In this document: positions 17,476 through 24,849 of the stretch, piece after piece
Position numbering within the stretch: the stretch's first letter is position 1
Layout of the letters: every line of letters begins with the position of its first letter
Assembly: GCF_000039765.1 (NCBI RefSeq)
Contig: NC_004460.2
Span: 870,001 to 902,000, forward strand
Length of the DNA: 32,000 bases
Direction of reading: 5' to 3'
From: Vibrio vulnificus CMCP6
GTDB taxonomy: Bacteria > Pseudomonadota > Gammaproteobacteria > Enterobacterales > Vibrionaceae
The notes under the pieces: model-generated
Seen by the model: only the letters and a program-made list of their open reading frames with translations
The model's database searches: none
Told to the model about the DNA's origin: nothing
Program-made: the position numbers and the translations under genes

Positions 17476-18204
17476 ATGAATAAGCTCTTATTTGTTGTGA
17501 CAACTCTATTGCTTTCTTTTTTGAGTCACGCAGCAACCATTACCGCCGCCCAAGATCCTTGGGCTCCGTTTGTGCAACAAAACAACGCCAACCCAGGTAT
17601 TTCGGTGGAAATTGTTATCGAAGCCTTTAAAACACAAGGGCACGATGTGGATTTTAAAATCATGCCGTGGACCAGAGCCTTGAATGAGGTCAAAGACGGG
17701 CGAGTTGATGTCCTTGTCGCCACTTGGTTTACCCAAGAGCGCACCTCATACCTCAACTACAGTCAGCCCTATCTGGAAAATTCACTCAAGTTTATCAAAC
17801 GAAGTGGTGATGGATTTGAATACAATGGTATGGACAGTTTAAGCGGCAAAAACGTTGGTATTATTCGCAACTACGGTTATGGGGACGAATTCTTAAAAGC
17901 CACCAATTTCAACAAACCCGAAGCGAACGACTTGGTGGCAAACGCCAAAAAACTGCTGGCCAAACGCATTGATTTGACCTTGGAAGATGAACTGGTGGCT
18001 AAAGCCACTCTGTCCGGTGCGGGAATGAAATTAAGTGATTTTGACTTTACCAATAACGCCCTTTCCGTCAATCCATTACACGTCACATCAGGTTTAGCCA
18101 ATGCCAAAAATGGTGAGATTATTGAGGCATTTAATAAGGGGCTTGCGGAGATCAAAGCAAACGGCACCTTCGACAAAATCTTGATGAAATACGGCATCAA
18201 ATAA
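17476..18204 (+). CDS. Periplasmic solute-binding protein, family 3 (orphan), probably co-transcribed with the MCP
   Basis: The start was moved to ATG 17476 (AAGAGGA RBS; signal peptide MNKLLFVVTTLLLSFLSHA). It contains MPWTRALNEVKDGRVDVLVATWF. It begins 74 nt after the MCP stop with no terminator in between. Confidence 0.8.
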   Translation: MNKLLFVVTTLLLSFLSHAATITAAQDPWAPFVQQNNANPGISVEIVIEAFKTQGHDVDFKIMPWTRALNEVKDGRVDVLVATWFTQERTSYLNYSQPYLENSLKFIKRSGDGFEYNGMDSLSGKNVGIIRNYGYGDEFLKATNFNKPEANDLVANAKKLLAKRIDLTLEDELVAKATLSGAGMKLSDFDFTNNALSVNPLHVTSGLANAKNGEIIEAFNKGLAEIKANGTFDKILMKYGIK

Positions 18205-18240
18205 CTCGCCTTTCCCTCTAACAAACACTAACCAAATACA

Positions 18241-18266
18241 AACAGCCCAGATCACTCTGGGCTGTT
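18241..18266. terminator. Bidirectional terminator between the SBP gene and phoX
   Basis: aacagcccaga (18241..18251) pairs with tctgggctgtt (18256..18266), with a 4-nt loop, between convergent stops at 18204 and 18293. Confidence 0.6.
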
Positions 18267-18292
18267 ATTGAGCTTCTCAGTAAAGCTCACGT

Positions 18293-20335
18293 TTATAGCG
18301 CGATCTCACCACCGTCTTCGCGACGAATCACCACCGTCGCTGCGCGTGGGCGCACTGTCATACCTGCTGGCGTTTCTTCAGCCGCATTATCGCTGTATGG
18401 CCAATTGCCTGGATGTTGGATATTCACAAACAGCGATTTGTAATCTGGACTGATGGCAAAGCCGGTCACTTCACAACCATTCGGTCCAACAAAGAAACGT
18501 TTCAATTGCGCTTGGTTAGACGCATTGACTTGGGTTTGCGCACCCGTTTCATCCACCATGCGTGAAGGCACCACCGCCAACATTTGATCGTTGGTATAAC
18601 TGGTCACTTCACCCGCGCCGTTGTCCGTTTGAATCCACAAGATCCCGCGGCCGTCAAACGCCAAACCATCAGGGCTGGCGAACTGGTTCAAATCGGTTAA
18701 CCCAGAACGGTTTGTCTCTGCATCGCCGTTCGCTGGTGAGCCGAAGACAAAGATATCCCAACTAAATTCTGTGGCACTCGCCCCTTCATCCCAACGAATC
18801 ACATGACCAAACTTGTTGTTTAGGCGTGGGTTGGCTGGGTTCGCTTCGGTACGTTTGCTGTTGTTGGTCAGCGTGAGGTATGCCGTACCCGTAAATGGAT
18901 CTACCGTGCACCACTCAGGTCTATCCATTGGCGTAGCACCAACCAGATCTGCCGCACCCGCGGTGTTTAAAATAATGTCCGCCAGCGTTGAAAAATGGTC
19001 GGCCAAAGTACCGCCAGAGGTGGTCGCACTGCTTAAAGTGAGTGGCAACCAAGAGCCACTGCCATCTTCATTAAAACGCGCGACATACAAGGTACCTTCG
19101 TCCATGTACTTGTCACCCGTCGCTAAACGGTGGCTTGGGTTGGCATCGTTCGCATCCCACAATGCTTTTGATTCAAACTTGTAGAGGTATTCAAAACGAG
19201 AATCGTGGCCGGAATAAAACACCACTGGTTTGCCCGCAACAAGCTTGCCAAAAGTACACCCTTCATGGCGAAAACGGCCTAGTGCCGTGCGTTTTTTCGC
19301 GCGTGAATTGGCCGTGTAAGGGTCAATTTCCACAATATAGCCGTGACCATTGGCTTCATTGCGATAATCATCTTGCGCAGAGGCGCCCGTTGGCAACAAG
19401 TTGAATCGAGTGAACTCGTCTAGACGTTCTTCTGTGTGGCCTGCCAACGTTTCCCATGCATAACGAGTGGTGCCTGAACCATCAATGCCAATGCGCTTTT
19501 GATCTTCGGTTTGCGTTCCAGTGTGAATGAAATAGCCCGGCCAGTTTTCTTCACACGTAAGGTACGTGCCCCAAGGAGTATAACCGTTACCGCAGTTGTT
19601 CAGTGTGCCACGCGCCTGACTGCCATCGGGTGAAAAACGGGTAACCAGGTGAGAGGAATAGGCCATTGGGCCTGAGATATCCATGACTGTTGCGCCGGTA
19701 TAACGGCGATTCAATGGATCACTGTCGACCATTTTCCACACATCATTGTCGAGTTGGATTCGAACCACTGAGACCCCGTGAGCATTGATCTCTTTACGTA
19801 CTTCATCAACAACAGTACGCACACCGTTAAGCACCGTCGGACCCGCTGGATGCAAAGCCGCAAGATCGATGTACTCGTGGTTCACGCACAGTAAACCATC
19901 GTTTGGATTGCCATTGATAGGGAAGAAATGCATGCCATCATGGTGCATGCCCAATGCATTGAGTTGGTCTTCTGCGGTGTTGCTGCCATCCGCTTTCCAC
20001 GCGCTGGCATTGCCATTTAAAGGCGTACCCCATGGCACCAACACTTGTGCTTTGTAGCCATTTGGAACGCTCACGGCATCGGTGAGTGATCCGGCAATAG
20101 AGTCAAAATTCAGAACAGCTTGAGATTGAGAACCAGAAGTACCACCTGCGACACTTCCGCTGTTTGAAGAGCTGTTGCAACCGGCGAGGCCAAATGCGCC
20201 AAAGGCCGTCATAGCGCTAATGCCTAAACCACCTTTCAAAATGTTGCGACGGGATAAACTCGCTTCTAACACCTCCTCAAAAGGTTTGTTTTTGCTTTTG
20301 TTGTAGCGAGTCGCGTCGAAGGTTTCCTTACTCAT
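18293..20335 (-). CDS. phoX: Tat-exported alkaline phosphatase PhoX (DUF839 beta-propeller)
   Basis: Twin-arginine signal SRRNILKGGLGISAMTAFGAFGLAGC. 680 aa, with PhoX-type blocks (GMHHDGMHFF, CVNHEY, NCGNGYTPWGTYLTCEEN, RPEW, PDGLAFD). Confidence 0.85.
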   Translation of the reverse strand: MSKETFDATRYNKSKNKPFEEVLEASLSRRNILKGGLGISAMTAFGAFGLAGCNSSSNSGSVAGGTSGSQSQAVLNFDSIAGSLTDAVSVPNGYKAQVLVPWGTPLNGNASAWKADGSNTAEDQLNALGMHHDGMHFFPINGNPNDGLLCVNHEYIDLAALHPAGPTVLNGVRTVVDEVRKEINAHGVSVVRIQLDNDVWKMVDSDPLNRRYTGATVMDISGPMAYSSHLVTRFSPDGSQARGTLNNCGNGYTPWGTYLTCEENWPGYFIHTGTQTEDQKRIGIDGSGTTRYAWETLAGHTEERLDEFTRFNLLPTGASAQDDYRNEANGHGYIVEIDPYTANSRAKKRTALGRFRHEGCTFGKLVAGKPVVFYSGHDSRFEYLYKFESKALWDANDANPSHRLATGDKYMDEGTLYVARFNEDGSGSWLPLTLSSATTSGGTLADHFSTLADIILNTAGAADLVGATPMDRPEWCTVDPFTGTAYLTLTNNSKRTEANPANPRLNNKFGHVIRWDEGASATEFSWDIFVFGSPANGDAETNRSGLTDLNQFASPDGLAFDGRGILWIQTDNGAGEVTSYTNDQMLAVVPSRMVDETGAQTQVNASNQAQLKRFFVGPNGCEVTGFAISPDYKSLFVNIQHPGNWPYSDNAAEETPAGMTVRPRAATVVIRREDGGEIAL

Positions 20336-20622
20336 GATGTTTATCTCTTGGGTTAATGAAGTTGAGCGCGACCCAAGATAGGCTAGAAAAATGACAAAAC
20401 AGGTCTATCTTTATGAATGTTTTGTTGTGTTTGTGTTGTCAGTTGGTCAATTCATTGAATATTGACTCAATTGTATTTGGTTTCATGGGCAATCAAGAGT
20501 ATAAAGAGCTCGCCTATGCTTGAGATCGTCATCTTTTAAGTCTAGAACTTCCCCCTAGAGTTGCTGAGTGAAACGCAACACAAGCAAGCACATTTTAGTC
20601 AATACAAAATCGAGAGAAGACC

Positions 20623-20961
20623 ATGAAACTAGATAAAGTGGAAAACAAAAATCGCCGCCTACGTAAAAAACTCTTTTTAGGTGAATTCGCTATTCTCGGT
20701 TTCGAGATCAGCTGTGAAACCGATATTCACGACTTTGATCGTTACGACGTGTTCGTTGATGACTTCATTGATTTTATTGACGCAAAAGGCCTATGTTTTG
20801 GCGGTGGCGGTCTTGAGCACTTTGAAGGTTTCATCTGTGCGAAAGAGCGTTACGAAAGCGCGACTGAAGAACAGCGCGCAGCAGTCGTAGAATGGCTGAA
20901 CGCACGTGCAGAAGTGAAATCTGTATTGGTAAGTGACCTAGCAGATGCGAACTACTTATAA
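20623..20961 (+). CDS. yggL: YggL family (DUF469) 50S ribosome-binding protein
   Basis: 112 aa. NRRLRKKLFLGEFAILGFEISCE...GLCFGGGG...EGFIC matches the YggL pattern. Confidence 0.8.
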   Translation: MKLDKVENKNRRLRKKLFLGEFAILGFEISCETDIHDFDRYDVFVDDFIDFIDAKGLCFGGGGLEHFEGFICAKERYESATEEQRAAVVEWLNARAEVKSVLVSDLADANYL

Positions 20962-20980
20962 TTCGCAGCGGAATGAAGAA

Positions 20981-21008
20981 ACGGCCCATCATGGGCCGTT
21001 TTTGTTTT
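20981..21008 (+). terminator. Rho-independent terminator of yggL
   Basis: acggccc (20981..20987) pairs with gggccgt (20993..20999), followed by ttttgtttt. It ends 3 nt before the convergent PPTase stop codon. Confidence 0.8.
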
Positions 21009-21011
21009 GGC

Positions 21012-21707
21012 TTAAAGTGTTTGATCGTTTTCACTCACTAGGGTGACCACACTGTCATCATGCAGATGAAAAAAAGCCGTAAACCGCTGCTGAAGCATGT
21101 TTTGCTCTGCCCCTCGACAAAGACATAACGCCAGCTTACCGCGATGAAGATCCACCTCCTCTACGTAGGAATGGGAGAACTCCAAGTAACGACCGACGGT
21201 CGGGTAAATCGCTTTAAATAAGCTTTCTTTGGCAGAAAAAACCAAGGACACTAAACGATGGATTGGCCAATCCGTCGCTGCTACCAAAGCCCGCTCTTGT
21301 GGTGTCACCAAAATCAGCGGCATGATTTCCTTCGCAGCACGTTCACTGACAAATTTCTCCATATCAACACCAAGTTTTGCATGTTCATGCATTTTACTAA
21401 CCACGCAAATCGCAGTGTGATCGGTATGCGATATACTACCAAGCCATCCTGACGGCCATTGTGGCGCTCGGTGCTCCCCCACACAGACGTGATATGAAGG
21501 ACTTTTAAGCGCCACTAACGCATCACGCGCAACCACGCGCCCAGCAACAAACTCCGCCCGACGCTTGCAGCTTGCTTGCTGAAGTGAATCTGGCACCGCG
21601 ATCTGCCACGCTTGCGCACTGTTGGGCTCAAAGCTAGACGCATCAAACTGACGCTGCCAAACCGTGTGCCCACCTAAGCTCAACGTGGTGGGGTCTGAGA
21701 GCCGCAT
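21012..21707 (-). CDS. 4'-phosphopantetheinyl transferase, EntD/VibD type
   Basis: 231 aa. FVAGRVVARDAL, GSISHTDHTAICVV, LGVDMEK and FSAKESLFKA are the Sfp/EntD motifs. The ATG lies 4 nt after the upstream NRPS stop. Confidence 0.85.
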   Translation of the reverse strand: MRLSDPTTLSLGGHTVWQRQFDASSFEPNSAQAWQIAVPDSLQQASCKRRAEFVAGRVVARDALVALKSPSYHVCVGEHRAPQWPSGWLGSISHTDHTAICVVSKMHEHAKLGVDMEKFVSERAAKEIMPLILVTPQERALVAATDWPIHRLVSLVFSAKESLFKAIYPTVGRYLEFSHSYVEEVDLHRGKLALCLCRGAEQNMLQQRFTAFFHLHDDSVVTLVSENDQTL

Positions 21708-21711
21708 CGGT

Positions 21712-24700
21712 TTACGCGCCTTCGTGTGCCAGACAGGCCGTTGCTTCTAGCGCCGCCACTTGTTCTTGTAGCTGAGCCAAATCCTGATCTTGCGCGACGC
21801 AACCAGCGAACACCTCAAACAAGCGACGATTGACGTCCGAAAGCAGTGTCACTTGAGCTGGACTGTAATTTTTGTTCATGTAACTCATCATCACGCGCAG
21901 AGTTTGCTCGCCATCAATGCTCTCTTCCATGACTTCAAACTGCAGCCCCAAACCCGATTCACTTTTGTCTGGATCAACTTGCTGGAAGCGGACACGCTCG
22001 TTTTCAGACAGTTCAAACGCACCATGAAACTTGTTCTTGGCGTGCAATTGAATGAAGACTTCAAACATGTGTCCTTCGGTGTCGTGGTCAACCCCTTTTA
22101 AGCCCTCTTCAATCAAATCGATAGGAATATCCGTGTAGGCCATGGATTCATTGATGCTGTTTTTTACCTGCTCAATCAACTGCCAGATGGATTTGACCCC
22201 GGCGAAATCAACCAATTGCACGCCTAGCGTAGTGAAATACCCGACCGTATCAAAGTAGTCTGCGTCCAAACGGCCAGCAGCGGGTGTGCCGACGATCAGT
22301 TTTTCAGGCGCACCAAGTAAGCGTAATGAAGCGGCAATAGCGGCATACACCACGTTGAACAGCGACGCACTGCGCGCTTTAGCCAAAGCATACAGCTGGC
22401 TGCTGACTCGCTGCGGAATTTTGATTTCTACCCAACCGCCTTCACCACATTCGACCTGTTGTTCAACACTTAACGGATGATGAGCGGGAAAAATCGGCTC
22501 CGCCCAAGGCAGCCCTTCAAATTTGTTCAGCCAGTAGGATAAATGCGCTTGGTTAACATCGGAGGCACGTTGTTTTCTGGCGAATTCATGGAACGGTCGT
22601 GGCTGCATGTGCCACAGCGGTTCGTGACCTTGAACATAACATCGATAGGCCAGCGCCAGTTCATCCATCATGGTATTTAACGACCACTCATCCAGTACGA
22701 TGTGATGGAACAACAGAGACAAGTACTGTGCTCCGTCAGCATCGTCCGTCACAAACCTCAGCCGCAATGGCAATTCGTTGTCCAGATCAAACGCGTACTC
22801 GGCTTCTTGCGCTAGAAGGTCGCTAACCGACAATCCTCCATTTTGCTGCGAGGTCCAAAACCATTGATACTCTGTCAGTTTTTCTACCGGAATCACTTGC
22901 TGATATGGCTGGTTGTCTTCGGTGGAAAACCGCGTACGCAGCCCAGTGTGGCGCAGCAAAATCTCATGGAAAGCCCGGCCAAATGCCGCTTCATCAACAC
23001 GATCCAAAAACTTCAGTGCAAACGGCAAATTGAAGATATTGTTGAGACCAACGCTGGCGTATTTGCTCATCGCTTTCCACAATGAATGTTGCGCCAATGA
23101 CAAAGGTGCTCTGTCCAATGCGATGGGATTGTGTTGCGATTGTGCAGTTGCCTTGGCTTCGCAGTGAGACGGCTGATGCACGACCGCCTGTTGCACTTTC
23201 GCCTGTTGCACTTTCGCCTGTCGAGCCAACTGTTTCGCACTCGGGAAGCTGAACATGTCGTTGATGTGGATTTCTATGCCATGATCCGATAGCAGTCGAC
23301 CAATTACTCTGGTCGCGATGAGGGAGTGGCCACCAAAATCAAAAAAGTCATCGTCTGCTGTCATCGTTTGGTTCGCAAGTGCCGTTCGAAACTCTGCCAG
23401 GATCGCCGCTTCCACCGCCGCTTGTGTTTGTTCATGAGTTTGGCTCGTGGTGTCACTGACGTTTGCTGGCTCGCGGTTGTCAGACTCATGCAAATGCAAC
23501 GAGCTAGCGGCTTTGCCTCCAATCTGGGCGACAAACTGCTCAAGCATAAAGGCACCAATGTATGGCGATGCGCCAGCGGCCAGTGTCAGTTCCAGCACCA
23601 ATGCTCCCTGACAGTTAAGGCCAACACCTAACGTTACCGCAAATTTGGGATGTGCCGCGGCAAACAAAGATTTTTCGGCGTTGACCTGATCCAATTGCAG
23701 ATGCACCGAAGGATCCACCAGCCAAGTAACAAGGGCAGCCTCTTGTTGACCATGATAGGAGGCCGCATAATGCTCGCGGCTTTGGTTGAGCTGCGCCAGT
23801 ATTTCCGCACTGTTACGCTCAATCGGGGCGGATACATGAGGAACCTTGATCGCAATTAACCCTGTTTCAATCATCGCCCCATTAAGCTCAAACGCTCGAC
23901 GTTCCACATCATAAGGCAGATATAAGTCGCACTGATCAGTGTTGGCGTTGACCGCTAAATAGCGAGCAAACAGTGCGGCAATGACGGAAAGCACCTCTTT
24001 TTTATTCGGTTGAGACAACCCATAGTCATCCAGCACACTGCCTTGCAAAGAAACACGATACTTACGAGCAAGCATCGGGTGCTCGGGTGAATCCTTTGGC
24101 GTCGCTGGCCAACTTTGCTCGACCACAAGTTCAGGCTGCGCACTTTGCAGCCATGCAAAGCAAGTATTGCCGATATCACTTTGAGGTGTGAGGGGCGTAT
24201 AGCCGATATGAGCGCTTTGGCCCGGTGAAGCCCCTTCCCAATCGCGTTTCAACGACGGCTGGTTGTAGCGCACACTCAAACGCTGAAACACACTTTGCCA
24301 ATCCATTCGCTCACTGAGGATCTGGTGCGTCACGACGCCAAGCACGACGCCGTCAATGTCACCGCTGTACAAGACAAATCGAATCGGCGCATCGTCATCT
24401 AGGGCTATAGGTTGGTTTTGCAACGCCATTAAATACTGCATCGCCTGCTCGAGTGAAACGACTTGTTCGATATCAACACGGAGTAAACTCGCGTCAACCC
24501 CTTGCTTAGTCAGACCTAACGCATCATTAAACAGGTAGCGCTGATTGAATATGGGAAAATCTTGCGACAACTGAGAAAGCGCAGCCACCAATTTACCCAT
24601 GTTCACTTCACCAGTCAGATGGTAAGCGGAAGCATACTGGTTACGCCCATCACCATGTTGTTGATGATACAGCCAAACTCGTTGCTCAAACTCGCTCACA

Positions 24701-24780
24701 CCAAGCGATGGTTCAATGGTTTGTTGTAGGATACCGTCTCGATGGGCTTCCAGCTTGGAAACATCCAGGTTAAGCGTCAT
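21712..24780 (-). CDS. NRPS, C(degenerate)-PCP-C, equivalent to the C-terminal half of VibF
   Basis: The first condensation-like domain has HQILSERMD where HHxxxDG is expected. The carrier motif is FFDFGGHSLIATRV. The second C domain has HHIVLDEWS. The start was set at ATG 24780 (MTLNLDV...), which is preceded by GGAGAAAGGA. The track start at 24804 has no RBS. Confidence 0.85.
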   Translation of the reverse strand: MTLNLDVSKLEAHRDGILQQTIEPSLGVSEFEQRVWLYHQQHGDGRNQYASAYHLTGEVNMGKLVAALSQLSQDFPIFNQRYLFNDALGLTKQGVDASLLRVDIEQVVSLEQAMQYLMALQNQPIALDDDAPIRFVLYSGDIDGVVLGVVTHQILSERMDWQSVFQRLSVRYNQPSLKRDWEGASPGQSAHIGYTPLTPQSDIGNTCFAWLQSAQPELVVEQSWPATPKDSPEHPMLARKYRVSLQGSVLDDYGLSQPNKKEVLSVIAALFARYLAVNANTDQCDLYLPYDVERRAFELNGAMIETGLIAIKVPHVSAPIERNSAEILAQLNQSREHYAASYHGQQEAALVTWLVDPSVHLQLDQVNAEKSLFAAAHPKFAVTLGVGLNCQGALVLELTLAAGASPYIGAFMLEQFVAQIGGKAASSLHLHESDNREPANVSDTTSQTHEQTQAAVEAAILAEFRTALANQTMTADDDFFDFGGHSLIATRVIGRLLSDHGIEIHINDMFSFPSAKQLARQAKVQQAKVQQAVVHQPSHCEAKATAQSQHNPIALDRAPLSLAQHSLWKAMSKYASVGLNNIFNLPFALKFLDRVDEAAFGRAFHEILLRHTGLRTRFSTEDNQPYQQVIPVEKLTEYQWFWTSQQNGGLSVSDLLAQEAEYAFDLDNELPLRLRFVTDDADGAQYLSLLFHHIVLDEWSLNTMMDELALAYRCYVQGHEPLWHMQPRPFHEFARKQRASDVNQAHLSYWLNKFEGLPWAEPIFPAHHPLSVEQQVECGEGGWVEIKIPQRVSSQLYALAKARSASLFNVVYAAIAASLRLLGAPEKLIVGTPAAGRLDADYFDTVGYFTTLGVQLVDFAGVKSIWQLIEQVKNSINESMAYTDIPIDLIEEGLKGVDHDTEGHMFEVFIQLHAKNKFHGAFELSENERVRFQQVDPDKSESGLGLQFEVMEESIDGEQTLRVMMSYMNKNYSPAQVTLLSDVNRRLFEVFAGCVAQDQDLAQLQEQVAALEATACLAHEGA
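23186..23221. repeat. 15-bp in-frame tandem repeat (2.4 copies) inside the NRPS
   Basis: gcctgttgcactttc occurs twice exactly (23186..23200 and 23201..23215), followed by the partial gcctgt. It encodes QAKVQQAKVQQA in the linker after the PCP domain. Confidence 0.85.
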
Positions 24781-24849
24781 ATTCCTTTCTCCAAAAGGCG
24801 CCATTGCGCCATTTCACGGCGATAAAATCGGTTAATAAATTAGGGCTGG

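Noticed and set aside
20389-20455. A Pho box upstream of phoX.
   Set aside because: On the minus strand there is only one good half-site (TTGTCAT, complement of 20391..20397) followed by TTTT and a poor second half (CTAGCCT, 4/7). No convincing -10 lies at the expected distance. PhoB control is plausible biologically but is not supported well enough by sequence.
24781-24849. The possibility that the split NRPS is a frameshifted or nonsense pseudogene of a single vibF.
   Set aside because: The gap contains two in-frame stops. The downstream ORF has its own strong RBS and ATG. Both halves are intact over more than 1000 codons, with all core motifs retained. A sequencing error cannot be excluded without reads.
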